Of a stretch of 64,000 bases of DNA, positions 36,496 through 46,340 are shown piece by piece. Origin of the DNA: a virus; IMG/VR virus record IMGVR_UViG_3300027518_000008; one strand, written 5' to 3'. The notes under the pieces are model-generated. The model did not search any database. It was not told where the DNA came from and saw nothing but the letters and a program-made list of their open reading frames with translations. A program made the translations under genes and the position numbers. Position 1 is the first letter of the stretch. Every line of letters starts with the position of its first letter.

Positions 36496-38153
36496 ATTTA
36501 GAGCAACAACGTGCGCTTGCGCTTGCTGAGGCCGAATTAAAACTTCGTCAACAGTCACAACCGAAGCAAGAAACAAGTTTTGGTCAGGATGTTATGCGAG
36601 GCTTTCGAGACCCAATTGATGCAGCCGCGCAACTTTTACCACGGTTTTTGGAAGTTGTTACATCTGCTGGCGGGACTTTGCCAAACGAAGTATCTGATTG
36701 GTTTGCCAAAGAATCTAATCGGGTAGATGCGCTAAACAAATCTGTTGAACAACAGTATCGTGCAGCCGGTGGAGAAGATATTAGCGCCGGTCGGTTTATT
36801 GGAAACATTGTTAGTCCAGCAAGCATTGTTCCTGCCGCTCGCGCTGGTCAGTTAGTAAGTAGCGGATTGCAGGTTGGTCGGCAAGCTGTTCGTGGCGCAG
36901 GGTTTGGCCCAACGGCTACTGCGGCAACAGTTGGAGCTGTTGGCGGCGCATTAACGCCAGTATCTGATACGGAAAAATTTGCCGAGTCTAAACTTTTGCA
37001 AACAGGATTAGGCGCGGCTCTTGGCCCAGTAGCAGAAAAGGTAGTTGGTGTTGTGTCCCCAAGAATTACCGAAAGCGCCCAAAAACTTCGTGAAGCGGGA
37101 ATTTCAAACCTTACGCCAGGTCAGGCGTTTGGTGGGATTACACAAAAAATAGAACAGGCCGCAGAAAGCGTTCCGTTAGTTGGCGATGTTATTGCTGGCG
37201 CAAGAATGAGGAACATTGAAGAATTTAGTAGAACCGCAATTAACCAATCCTTAAAAAATATTGACGCAGAGTTGCCAAGAGGTTTGTCTGGTAACGCGGC
37301 AATTAAGTTTGCAGAAGACAAGATTGGGAAGGCGTACAATCAAATTGTTCCAAAGTTATCAGTATCATCGGACACAGTATTAACTTATGCCGGAGAGTCA
37401 CCCGTAACGCTAATCAACAATATTGACAATATTGTGGCTGGCGCTTCTGCAAATCTTGATGACAAAGCAGCGTCGCAACTATCTAAGATTATTGAAAGCA
37501 ACTTAACCAATAAATTTAAAAACAATGTTCTTTCTGGCAAGGACTTAAAAACGGCAGAAAGCGCATTAGGAAACTTTGCCGTTCGGTTTAAAAAAGCGCA
37601 AGACCCAAACCAAAATTTAATGGGCGACGCATTGTTTGATGTGCAACTTACTTTGCGTCAAGCAGTAGAAGAAGCCAATCCAGATTACAAGGGGCAGTTG
37701 CAAAAAATTAACGCTGCGTTTGCAGACTTTATTCGAGTTCAACGCGCCGCAGCTTCAACAGGAGCAAAAGAAGGGGTATTTACACCGGCACAATTAAGTG
37801 CCGCCGCCAAAGCCACGGACATTTCTAAACGTAAAGGTGCGTTTGCACGCGGTGAGGCAAGGATGCAGGATATTGCACAAGCCGGAGAACAAGTTTTAGG
37901 TTCTAAATTGCCCGATTCTGGAACACCGTATCGACTAGGTGTTGGGGCTGCCGGATTGGGCGCGTTGGGCGGTATTGACCCGTTGGCTGCCGCTTTAGGC
38001 GCTGGAACGATGGCTGCATATACACAACCTGGGATTCGTGCTTTGTCTGCGTTGTTATATGAGAGGCCAGAAGTTCTTCGTAGAATCGGAGAACCACTTC
38101 GTCGCACCGCACCATTTGTAACACCAGGATTGCTCGGCCCATTTCAAGAATAA
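36492..38153 (+). CDS. DNA ejection/transfer protein
   Basis: Gly/Ala-rich helices, LPDSGT, ends PGLLGPFQE. Confidence 0.65.
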   Translation: MNLEQQRALALAEAELKLRQQSQPKQETSFGQDVMRGFRDPIDAAAQLLPRFLEVVTSAGGTLPNEVSDWFAKESNRVDALNKSVEQQYRAAGGEDISAGRFIGNIVSPASIVPAARAGQLVSSGLQVGRQAVRGAGFGPTATAATVGAVGGALTPVSDTEKFAESKLLQTGLGAALGPVAEKVVGVVSPRITESAQKLREAGISNLTPGQAFGGITQKIEQAAESVPLVGDVIAGARMRNIEEFSRTAINQSLKNIDAELPRGLSGNAAIKFAEDKIGKAYNQIVPKLSVSSDTVLTYAGESPVTLINNIDNIVAGASANLDDKAASQLSKIIESNLTNKFKNNVLSGKDLKTAESALGNFAVRFKKAQDPNQNLMGDALFDVQLTLRQAVEEANPDYKGQLQKINAAFADFIRVQRAAASTGAKEGVFTPAQLSAAAKATDISKRKGAFARGEARMQDIAQAGEQVLGSKLPDSGTPYRLGVGAAGLGALGGIDPLAAALGAGTMAAYTQPGIRALSALLYERPEVLRRIGEPLRRTAPFVTPGLLGPFQE

Positions 38154-38167
38154 TCAGGAGTAATTAA

Positions 38168-38929
38168 ATGCCTAAAACCAAGATTTCAGAATACTCAACG
38201 ACCAACTCCTCTAACACAGACATAGAAAGCATTAATATCGACGAGGGCTGTGCGCCCTCTGGGATAAACAATGCTATCCGTGAGCTGATGGTTCACCTAA
38301 AGGAGTTCCAGACAGGCTCATCTGGTGACCCTCTGACGGTCGCTGGCGGGATGTTCATATCTGGGGGTGGGTCGGCTAACACCTTGACCGTGACGGGGAT
38401 TCTGACGGCTTCTGGGGGCACGATTCTGTCCTCTACGAACACCTTGTCCGGCTCCAACATCATTTCTGGCAATATCAACTCGTCGGGAACCACAAATACG
38501 TTCTCTGGCGGCAACATCCTGTCGGGTATGAATACGATTTCCGGGTCTGCGATTATCTCTGGGAACATCAACTCTAGCGGGACAAACACCTTCTCGGGGA
38601 CGCAGGTTATCTCTGGTGGGTCTACCTTCTCAGGCGCAGCCAAGGGAACCCTGGTAACGGACAACGACGGCAGCTTTGACATGACCGCAGGAAACAACTT
38701 CACCTGTACGCCTACGGGAACGATTACGCTTACATTTACTAACATAACTAGCGGACAATCGGGTAACATTCTGCTAGTAAATGGTAGCAATTACACGGTA
38801 TCTGCCCACGCCAACACGAAGGTTGGAACTGGCGTGCTTACGGCACTATCGGCTACTGGGACGTACTGGGTAAGTTACTTCTCTAACGGAACCAATGTTT
38901 ACATATCTGCGACAGGCGCGTTAGCATGA
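38168..38929 (+). CDS. Short tail fibre/adaptor protein
   Basis: I.INI.EGCAPSGINNAIRE N-term, 6-aa NTxSG repeats, C-terminal domain shared with 932-2656. Confidence 0.72.
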   Translation: MPKTKISEYSTTNSSNTDIESINIDEGCAPSGINNAIRELMVHLKEFQTGSSGDPLTVAGGMFISGGGSANTLTVTGILTASGGTILSSTNTLSGSNIISGNINSSGTTNTFSGGNILSGMNTISGSAIISGNINSSGTNTFSGTQVISGGSTFSGAAKGTLVTDNDGSFDMTAGNNFTCTPTGTITLTFTNITSGQSGNILLVNGSNYTVSAHANTKVGTGVLTALSATGTYWVSYFSNGTNVYISATGALA

Positions 38930-41364
38930 GCATAATTCAAGGCAATGCACATACCTCTGCGGGCGGCTATCAGATAGAGCGCAGTCTGCGGTTTAACTCT
39001 GCGGATAGTGCAAGATTAACTCGAACATTTGGAACGCCCACAAATCAAGAAAAATGGACTATGTCTATGTGGGTTAAAAGAAGTGGTTTGGGGATTAACA
39101 CGGGGTTATTTGGCGCAGGAATCAGCGATTCAAATTTGGAAGTTTGGTTTGATACCAACAATAAATTATGTTTTAACGCCGCAACAAGCCCAGATAACAG
39201 GACAAAAATTACAACTCAGGTGTTTAGAGATTGTTCAGCTTGGTATCATTTAATTTGGGCATACGATACAAGCCTTCCATCTGATTCAAATAATAGCCCA
39301 ACTGCTTTAAAAATTTATGTTAATAATTCTCTTATTACATCATTTTCCACTTTTGAATCTATTTCTTCTTATACATTAGTTCCATTTAATTCAAATGGTG
39401 CTGTTGTAAATATCGGCAATCAAACTATAAGCAACTATTATTTCAGCGGCTATATGGCCGAGATTTATTTCATTGACGGTCAAGCCCTAATACCATCCTC
39501 ATTCGGCGAAACTGATTCTGCCACAGGTGTATGGAAGCCCAAGGCTTACTCTGGCACATACGGCACTAACGGGTTCTACCTAAAGTTTGCAGACAACTCT
39601 GGCACGACCAGCACAACGCTAGGCAAGGACAGCTCAAGCAACGGTAACAACTGGACACCTAATAACTTCTCGGTGACCGCTGGTGCTGGCAATGACTCCT
39701 TAGTAGATTCACCTACGCCATACGGCACAGACACAGGTGTTGGTGGTGAGGTGCGTGGGAATTATGGAACATGGAACCCACTAGCAAAAGGAAGTAATAC
39801 AACCCTTTCAAATGGAAACCTAAATGTTTTAGGAAGCACTAATAGCACAGGAAACAACAACTTTTCAACTTTTATACCATCAAGCGAAAAATGGTATTTT
39901 GAAGTAAGTCCTGCTAATACATATTCATATTCATATGTTGGTGTAAGTTTAGATGGTAACTTGTCAACATCTAGTAATTTTGTTGGTGCTACGGCAAGTA
40001 GCGTAGGAATTGAACTTGGGACAGGGGCTGTTTGGAGAAACAATTCAAATCAAGGCACTGGTGGAACAGGGGTTAGTGCTGGAGAAACTTTGATGGTTGC
40101 GTTTGAACCGTCAAGCGGAAAAGTGTGGGCGGGTAGAAACGGTACTTGGTATAACTCAGGAAACCCTGCGGCTGGAACAGGACAAGTAGCAACTATTCCT
40201 ACTGTTGGGGCTATCGGGCCAGCCGTTTCTCCATATTCTAGTAGCGGTACGCTTTCTTTCAACTTTGGTCAACGTGCATTTGCCTACACAGCCCCCTCTG
40301 GCTTTAAGGCATTGTGTACAACTAATCTGCCTACGCCGACCATCGGTGCTACTAGCACTACACAGGCGAATGATTACTTTAATGCGGTGTTGTGGACTGG
40401 CAATGACACAGACAGAAGTATTACTGGTGTTGGGTTCCAACCTGACTTTACTTGGCTAAAAGTACGGAACACAACAGGTAACAATGTTTTATTTGACTCT
40501 GTTCGTGGTGCGCTAAAAGAACTTTATTCAAATACAACAGGGGCAGAATCAACAGAAACAAACGGATTAGATTACTGGGAGTCTGATGGCTTCCACATTA
40601 AAGCTTCTAGGTGGAACGCTTCACCAAACACCTATGTTGCATGGAACTGGAACGCTGGCGGCTCTAACGCTACCAACACCTCTGGCACTATAACCAGCAC
40701 AGTCAGGGCGAATACGACTAGCGGGTTCTCGATTGCAACCTACACTGGCAACGGCTCTGGTGGCGCTACGGTGGGTCACGGGCTTGGAGTAAGTCCGGCG
40801 ATGATTTTTATTAAGTCCAGAAGCAACTCAACAAACTGGATGGTTTGGCATCAAAATCTAACCGCCAACTACGCTTTTGAAGGACTAAATACAACCGGAG
40901 CAGAAGTCAACGGGGGTTCGCCTTCTAAATATGTTCGTTCAGTTTCTTCAACTCTTGTGACAATTGGTAACGACATATCTGTAAACCAAAGTGCTTCTTA
41001 TACTTATGTTATGTACTGCTTCGCCGCAGTAGCGGGGTATAGCGCCTTTGGAAGTTACACAGGTAATGGTTCTACGGATGGGGTGTTTGTGTACACGGGC
41101 TTTCGCCCTAGGTATGTGATGACCAAACGTACTGACTCAACAAGCAATTGGGTTATACAAGACACGGCAAGAGACACATACAATGCAACAAATAATGCTT
41201 TGTTTGCAAACTTAAGTCTGGCAGATAACACAGGCCCGTGGTTTGACATACTTTCAAATGGATTCAAAGTAAGAAATAACGGAAGCGACACAAACGCAAG
41301 TAGTGGAACCTACATTTATATGGCCTTTGCCGAGGTGCCCATGAAATATAGTTTGGGACGCTGA
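38926..41364 (+). CDS. ConA/LamG- and SPRY-like lectin-domain tail protein, copy 2
   Basis: First ~200 aa identical to copy 1; diverged SPRY-like and distal blocks. Confidence 0.75.
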   Translation: MSIIQGNAHTSAGGYQIERSLRFNSADSARLTRTFGTPTNQEKWTMSMWVKRSGLGINTGLFGAGISDSNLEVWFDTNNKLCFNAATSPDNRTKITTQVFRDCSAWYHLIWAYDTSLPSDSNNSPTALKIYVNNSLITSFSTFESISSYTLVPFNSNGAVVNIGNQTISNYYFSGYMAEIYFIDGQALIPSSFGETDSATGVWKPKAYSGTYGTNGFYLKFADNSGTTSTTLGKDSSSNGNNWTPNNFSVTAGAGNDSLVDSPTPYGTDTGVGGEVRGNYGTWNPLAKGSNTTLSNGNLNVLGSTNSTGNNNFSTFIPSSEKWYFEVSPANTYSYSYVGVSLDGNLSTSSNFVGATASSVGIELGTGAVWRNNSNQGTGGTGVSAGETLMVAFEPSSGKVWAGRNGTWYNSGNPAAGTGQVATIPTVGAIGPAVSPYSSSGTLSFNFGQRAFAYTAPSGFKALCTTNLPTPTIGATSTTQANDYFNAVLWTGNDTDRSITGVGFQPDFTWLKVRNTTGNNVLFDSVRGALKELYSNTTGAESTETNGLDYWESDGFHIKASRWNASPNTYVAWNWNAGGSNATNTSGTITSTVRANTTSGFSIATYTGNGSGGATVGHGLGVSPAMIFIKSRSNSTNWMVWHQNLTANYAFEGLNTTGAEVNGGSPSKYVRSVSSTLVTIGNDISVNQSASYTYVMYCFAAVAGYSAFGSYTGNGSTDGVFVYTGFRPRYVMTKRTDSTSNWVIQDTARDTYNATNNALFANLSLADNTGPWFDILSNGFKVRNNGSDTNASSGTYIYMAFAEVPMKYSLGR
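38962..39563 (+). repeat. 602-bp direct repeat, copy 2
   Basis: Matches 2689-3290. Confidence 0.9.
40279..40388 (+). repeat. 110-bp direct repeat, copy 2
   Basis: Matches 3988-4097. Confidence 0.85.
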
Positions 41365-41996
41365 TGAGCGAAAGGGCTGAAATGATAGGCAAACAGTTTG
41401 GCAGACTAACACCAGTAGAGGTGATAGGAACCAAAAGGATTCACCTTGTCTATCGGTGTGTGTGCGAGTGTGGAAATGAAGTTGAAGTTTTAGGCAATTC
41501 ACTTAGGTCAGGCAACACTAAGTCTTGCGGATGTATTCGTAGACCAAATCTTGTAGGAATGGAAAATGACCACGGCGTTGTTGTATCAAAGGTTCGTAAT
41601 CAGATGTGGGAAATATCTTGTAAACATTGCGGAGAAACCCATGTTCAAAACCAGCGTGAGATAAGGCGCAATTCACATCCAATGTCTTGCTCGGCGTACA
41701 AACCGCCAAACAAAATGTTTGAAGATAAAAGAGACGGAAGTGTTCGTAGGCAATATGGAATTACGCTTGCCCAATATGATGAAATGTGTGCCGACCAAAA
41801 TGGTAAGTGCGCTATTTGCGGGAACTCTGATGAGGTTGAGGGAAGAAGACTCGCCATTGACCATTGCCACGACAGCGGGAAAGTTCGTGGATTACTGTGT
41901 GGCAAATGTAATCGTGGTCTTGGTTTGTTTTATGACAACCAAGAACTACTTGGAAATGCAATATCTTATTTAACAAAGTACAGTTTAGCCCGATAG
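41364..41996 (+). CDS. Free-standing endonuclease VII-type HNH (homing) endonuclease
   Basis: GKQFGRLT...CVCECG...SCGC; CAICG...AIDHCHDSGKVRGLLCGKCNRGLG. Confidence 0.87.
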   Translation: MSERAEMIGKQFGRLTPVEVIGTKRIHLVYRCVCECGNEVEVLGNSLRSGNTKSCGCIRRPNLVGMENDHGVVVSKVRNQMWEISCKHCGETHVQNQREIRRNSHPMSCSAYKPPNKMFEDKRDGSVRRQYGITLAQYDEMCADQNGKCAICGNSDEVEGRRLAIDHCHDSGKVRGLLCGKCNRGLGLFYDNQELLGNAISYLTKYSLAR

Positions 41997-42005
41997 GAGT
42001 AACAA

Positions 42006-42527
42006 ATGTTTCAACTCAATGGCAACCCAATCTCAATAGATTCTGAAGTAACAGTTAACGGTATCCGCTACCCACACCTGCGTGACCCTGCCCTGCGTGA
42101 GCAGTTAGGCGTGACTGAGGTAGCAGACGCACCTGACTATGACCAAAGATTCTGGTGGGGCGTAGGCAATCCTAAGCTCTTAAATGACCGTGAAGAAGTA
42201 GACCAAGATGGTAACCCCATGTATGTCAAAGTCTTGGGCGTGGTTGATGGTCAACCTGCGATGGTGGACTCAGCAGAGCGTCTGGTAACTAAGGGACTCA
42301 AGAGCCAATGGATTGCACAGGTTAAGCAGACTGCTGGCTCTATGCTTGCCCAGACCGATTGGTATGTATGGCGTAAGTTTGAGAGGAACATCGATGTGCC
42401 TGCTGCAGTGGCTACAAAGAGAGCCGCTATCGTTGCTGAGTGCGACAGGCTAGAGTCGGCGATTGCGGCTTGCACGACTGTCGAGGCTTTGATTGCGGTA
42501 GTTGGCAACCAAGGATGGCCTGCATAA
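42006..42527 (+). CDS. Tail-fibre-associated protein, copy 2
   Basis: Paralog of 5611-6132. Confidence 0.55.
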   Translation: MFQLNGNPISIDSEVTVNGIRYPHLRDPALREQLGVTEVADAPDYDQRFWWGVGNPKLLNDREEVDQDGNPMYVKVLGVVDGQPAMVDSAERLVTKGLKSQWIAQVKQTAGSMLAQTDWYVWRKFERNIDVPAAVATKRAAIVAECDRLESAIAACTTVEALIAVVGNQGWPA

Positions 42528-42688
42528 TGGCTACAATCGTAGAGGTCAAAGGCCAACTTGACACCCACGAAGCCGTTTGTGCTGAACGCTATCTTGGGAT
42601 AAACGCAAGACTGAAACGCCTAGAGCAAATCCTGATTGGCTCTGCTGGGTTCATAATTGTTTTACTGCTAAGCCTAGTGCTTAAGTGA
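42527..42688 (+). CDS. Small coiled-coil membrane-anchored protein, copy 2
   Basis: Paralog of 6132-6293. Confidence 0.7.
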   Translation: MATIVEVKGQLDTHEAVCAERYLGINARLKRLEQILIGSAGFIIVLLLSLVLK

Positions 42689-43128
42689 CCACAGTAGCTG
42701 CAAAATTTTCTACGGGAGAAATCGCCGCAGATAGTATGGTTAGCGGCGACGATTCTTTCTACCTAGTTGAGAAGCTACGACGTGGCAAGGATTGCGTCTA
42801 TGGTGCTTGCGGCGACTGGGATAAGATTCTAAAGTTTTATCAGGCAATGGAATCAGGTGGTGATTTAGATTCTGATATTGACGTGACCGTTCTTGAGCTC
42901 AGACATGATGGCATTTATATTTACGAAAGTACCATCATACCTGCCAGAATTAAGAACGACTTTTGGGCCATAGGTACTGGTGCTAACTTTGCAATAGCGG
43001 CAATGCATATGGGGGCATCTCCCCGTGAGGCGGTCGCTATTTCTTGTATGTATGACACAAGTTCCCATGAGCCCATCGACGAAGTTAAACTTACGGGGAA
43101 AAGTCGTGGCGCTAAAAAAAGTATCTGA
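42685..43128 (+). CDS. Ntn-hydrolase (proteasome beta/HslV-like) peptidase, copy 2
   Basis: M-T-T-V-A, IAADS, AIGTG. Confidence 0.7.
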   Translation: MTTVAAKFSTGEIAADSMVSGDDSFYLVEKLRRGKDCVYGACGDWDKILKFYQAMESGGDLDSDIDVTVLELRHDGIYIYESTIIPARIKNDFWAIGTGANFAIAAMHMGASPREAVAISCMYDTSSHEPIDEVKLTGKSRGAKKSI

Positions 43129-44047
43129 CGAAGAAATCATTAGTTCGATGAAAAGGTTTGGCAGTACGAAGATTGCTGCCGAGCACGTTGGTCTGTCTGT
43201 CCGGGCTCTAGCCCAACGCAAGGCCAAGATTCAAATGCAGTATGGCATCTCTCTACCAGCGTACTTAGCACCACAAGATAGCCAACGCAATACATTCATA
43301 CCAGAGAACCGCAGGGTTATAGAACACAAGGTAGACAATGGCCATGTATTCATCGCCAGCGATTGCCATTACTGGCCAGAAGAATCAACCGTAGCCCACA
43401 AAGCATTTGTCAAATTGCTGACTGAGTTTAAGCCTAAGACTATTGTGCTTAATGGTGATGTCTTTGATGGGGCTAGGATTAGCCGCCATGCCGCTTTGAT
43501 GAAGACTAACCCGCCAACACCAAAGCAGGAAATCGAAGCCTGCCAAGACCGGCTGCATGAGATTGCTAACGCATCTAAGAACGCTACTAAACTGTGGACG
43601 TATGGCAACCATGACGTGCGCCTCTTTAACTACATCGCCCAGAACGCACCGGAACTATCAGAGTTTAGCGATTTGTTTGCATACTTCCCGGGATGGCATA
43701 CCGGATGGCGTATAGACATTAACGACTCTGTTGTTATCAAGCATCGCTATCATAACGGCGTGCATAGTACGTGGAACAATGCCTTGAAATCTGGGCGCAG
43801 TATTATCACCGGGCATCTACATCAGCTCAAAACGACCCCCTTTTCAGATTACGATGGCCGTCGCTGGGGGGTAGACGCCGGGACGCTGGCCGAACCATAC
43901 GGGGATCAGTTTACCTACACCGAGATGAACCCAGTCAATTGGTGCTCTGGGTTTGTAGTGCTCACATTTGAGAACGGCAAGTTGCTTCCGCCAGAGTTGT
44001 GCGAAGTGCTTGATGGCGTTGCCTACTTCAGGGGCCAAAGGGTTTGA
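43106..44047 (+). CDS. Calcineurin-like metallophosphoesterase, copy 2
   Basis: SDCH, NGDVFD, GNHD, GHLH; GTG start matches copy 1. Confidence 0.85.
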   Translation: MALKKVSDEEIISSMKRFGSTKIAAEHVGLSVRALAQRKAKIQMQYGISLPAYLAPQDSQRNTFIPENRRVIEHKVDNGHVFIASDCHYWPEESTVAHKAFVKLLTEFKPKTIVLNGDVFDGARISRHAALMKTNPPTPKQEIEACQDRLHEIANASKNATKLWTYGNHDVRLFNYIAQNAPELSEFSDLFAYFPGWHTGWRIDINDSVVIKHRYHNGVHSTWNNALKSGRSIITGHLHQLKTTPFSDYDGRRWGVDAGTLAEPYGDQFTYTEMNPVNWCSGFVVLTFENGKLLPPELCEVLDGVAYFRGQRV

Positions 44048-44048
44048 C

Positions 44049-44498
44049 ATGAGTGACTTAGTATCATCGGCTAAGGGCGCAGCGCAGAGCATCAAGAGTG
44101 CAATTGCTGCTGGCAAAGAGATTGAGTCGGTTGTTACTGACATTCAGAAGCTGGGCGTTGCCGAGCTTCAGGCTAAGCAACAGTTTCAAAAGAAGCAGCG
44201 TGTAGTCAAAGGTGATACCACAATCCTTACAGCCTTTGCGGAGTGGCGCAGATTGAAAGAGATTAAGGAAGCAGAGGACGACCTGTTCCAGCAGCTTGTC
44301 GAACGTTACGGCAAGGACAAAGCAGAGTACGAGTGGAAAGATATTCAGGCAATCAAAGAACGGCAGATGAAAGAAGTCAAGGATGGCCGTGACGAGATGG
44401 GCCGTGACCTAAAGAAGCTGCGAGAGCTCAAGGTCATGTGCTTCATAGCTTCCCTAATTATTGTTACAACTTATTACATTTTCAAAGGACACCTGTAA
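44049..44498 (+). CDS. Coiled-coil protein with C-terminal TM, copy 2
   Basis: Paralog of 7650-8099. Confidence 0.7.
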   Translation: MSDLVSSAKGAAQSIKSAIAAGKEIESVVTDIQKLGVAELQAKQQFQKKQRVVKGDTTILTAFAEWRRLKEIKEAEDDLFQQLVERYGKDKAEYEWKDIQAIKERQMKEVKDGRDEMGRDLKKLRELKVMCFIASLIIVTTYYIFKGHL

Positions 44499-45001
44499 TG
44501 CTATCTCTTATCTCTACCCTCGGCGGCTTACTTATCTCCGGCCTGCCTCGTGTCTTAGATTTTTTCCAAGATAAATCTGACAAAGAGCAAGAGTTAAAGC
44601 TAGCCCAGATTCAGACTGAGCGTGAGCTGGCCTTGGCAGAGCGTGGCTTTATTGCACAGCAAAAGGTAGAGGAAATCCGGACTGACCAGATTGCCATGCA
44701 GACTGAGGCACAGATGCAAAACGCAGCTCTCGACCATGACAAGAAGGTAATGGAGCGTGCGTCTACTTGGGTGGTCAACTACGTTGGCACGGTACGACCG
44801 ACCGTGACCTATATCTTTGTGCTTGAGCTGGTGGCAATCAACGCATGGCTGGCTTGGAACATCTTTACCATGCCGCACCTAGTGGCTTCGGTAGGCGACG
44901 TTGAGAAGGTGGCCGAGCTTATCTTCTCAAGCGACGAGATGGCCATGCTGGGCGGCATCATTGGATTCTGGTTCGGCTCTAGGGGCTGGGCTAAGAAGTG
45001 A
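44498..45001 (+). CDS. Putative holin, copy 2
   Basis: Paralog of 8099-8602. Confidence 0.65.
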   Translation: MLSLISTLGGLLISGLPRVLDFFQDKSDKEQELKLAQIQTERELALAERGFIAQQKVEEIRTDQIAMQTEAQMQNAALDHDKKVMERASTWVVNYVGTVRPTVTYIFVLELVAINAWLAWNIFTMPHLVASVGDVEKVAELIFSSDEMAMLGGIIGFWFGSRGWAKK

Positions 45002-45474
45002 AGGTGAGTAAGGATGCAATCGAAAAAATCAAAAAAGACGAGGGAGTACGACTTCGTCCATACCGCTGTCCTGCTTTACTGTGGACTGTTGGTGTTGGTC
45101 ATGTTATCGATCCTAATCACATAAGGGTAAAGCTAGATGAACGCAAAGGACTTAGTATCCCTGATGGGTGGGATAGAGTTTTGTCAATGGCTGAAGTCGA
45201 TGACATACTTGCAAAAGACCTCGCTACGTTTGAGCGAGGCGTACTTAGACTTTGTCCAGAAGGACTTACCCAAGGCCGCTTCGATGCTCTGGTGTCCTTC
45301 AGCTTCAACGTCGGACTAGGTAATCTACAACGTTCTACTATCCGCATGAAGCATAACCGTGGTGACTTTGATGGCGCAGCCGAGGGCTTCATGGCATGGA
45401 CAAAAGCCGGGGGCAAAGAGCTCCCCGGCCTTGTCAAACGCCGCAAGCATGAACGGGATTTATACCTGAGCTGA
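44998..45474 (+). CDS. Endolysin, GH24 lysozyme, copy 2
   Basis: Same motifs as copy 1. Confidence 0.92.
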   Translation: MKVSKDAIEKIKKDEGVRLRPYRCPALLWTVGVGHVIDPNHIRVKLDERKGLSIPDGWDRVLSMAEVDDILAKDLATFERGVLRLCPEGLTQGRFDALVSFSFNVGLGNLQRSTIRMKHNRGDFDGAAEGFMAWTKAGGKELPGLVKRRKHERDLYLS

Positions 45475-46338
45475 TTCCCGCAGCGGTGCTAACCACTTGG
45501 CTACCTTGGTATTGAGAACCATTCTCATCTCTAAGGTTAGCTGTTCAATAACCTCAAGGTTGCATTGCTTTAGTTGGTCAATGCTATCCAGTCGTTTCTG
45601 AACCGGCGCCTTGCCTGCCTTGGCAATCTTCTCAATCATTCCCACGTAGGCTGACTCCCATGCGTCGTAGGTAGGATGGTCTGCCGCCTCTCCGTTGGGT
45701 AGGGTTAGTGTATATACAGTTCCTACTGGTATCTCGACTGCCTCGGCTACCTCATCCTTCTTGGCTTGCTGGACTGCGCTGGCCACGACGTTACTGATTG
45801 CGCTGCCGAACGCACCGGGTGGCTTTGGCAGTTCATCTAGCGGGTTGTTGACCTTGCGTGCCTCGGAGATTGTCTCAACCTCTGTCTCGTCTAGCATACC
45901 CAAGCCGACGTGAGCCAGCACCGAACGGCGGATAGCCTTGGTCGTACACTTGAGTACGGCGTTGGCCAGATGGTCGCCCTTCAACCCGCCAATGTTGACT
46001 GCGCCTTGGTTCTCGGACACCCTGCCATCGGAACCCGTTACCCTGCAAGACACAATGTAGATGTCGCCAACATTCTCACGGTGGGTTATCTGCGTTGATA
46101 GCTTATGCACGCTAGACAATTGCTGCGTCGCACTAGCGTTGGCATACAGGACTTGCTTGCCATTCAGGGTCAGTAAGTCGAATGGCTTGGCAGCCGGGTC
46201 AAGCCCTACCTGCTGGCAGCGATACAGGTAGTAGTCCTTCTTTTGCATGGGGCTCAAGCCAGACAAGTCGCCCTTGAGAACGATTGATTCTTGGATAGCA
46301 GGGTCTAGCACCTGCGGCTGTACGGTTACGTTGCTCAT
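45460..46338 (-). CDS. RecT/Red-beta-like ssDNA annealing protein
   Basis: C...GLDP..KPF..L.LNGK..LY; K..TKAIRR..L...GLG.LDE.E; adjacent to exonuclease. Confidence 0.7.
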   Translation of the reverse strand: MSNVTVQPQVLDPAIQESIVLKGDLSGLSPMQKKDYYLYRCQQVGLDPAAKPFDLLTLNGKQVLYANASATQQLSSVHKLSTQITHRENVGDIYIVSCRVTGSDGRVSENQGAVNIGGLKGDHLANAVLKCTTKAIRRSVLAHVGLGMLDETEVETISEARKVNNPLDELPKPPGAFGSAISNVVASAVQQAKKDEVAEAVEIPVGTVYTLTLPNGEAADHPTYDAWESAYVGMIEKIAKAGKAPVQKRLDSIDQLKQCNLEVIEQLTLEMRMVLNTKVAKWLAPLRESAQV

Positions 46339-46340
46339 AG

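Larger units (their letters stand above)
2689..38961. mobile_element. Phage B: gene-complete P22-like podovirus unit (36,273 bp between repeat copies)
   Basis: Contains lysis, recombination/replication arm, terS/terL, portal, scaffold, capsid, tail, ejection and fibre genes once each; bounded by the 602-bp direct repeat; no GATC seen. Confidence 0.8.

Noticed and set aside
2689-38961. Phage B as an integrase-mediated prophage with att sites
   Set aside because: No integrase in B, and the boundary is a 602-bp coding homology rather than a short att core.
2653-41364. Diversity-generating retroelement acting on the lectin paralogs
   Set aside because: No reverse transcriptase ORF; differences between copies are block-wise and not confined to adenines.
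38926-45474. Simple tandem duplication within one genome
   Set aside because: The copies are 36 kb apart, belong to different virion modules and carry different palindrome-avoidance signatures.
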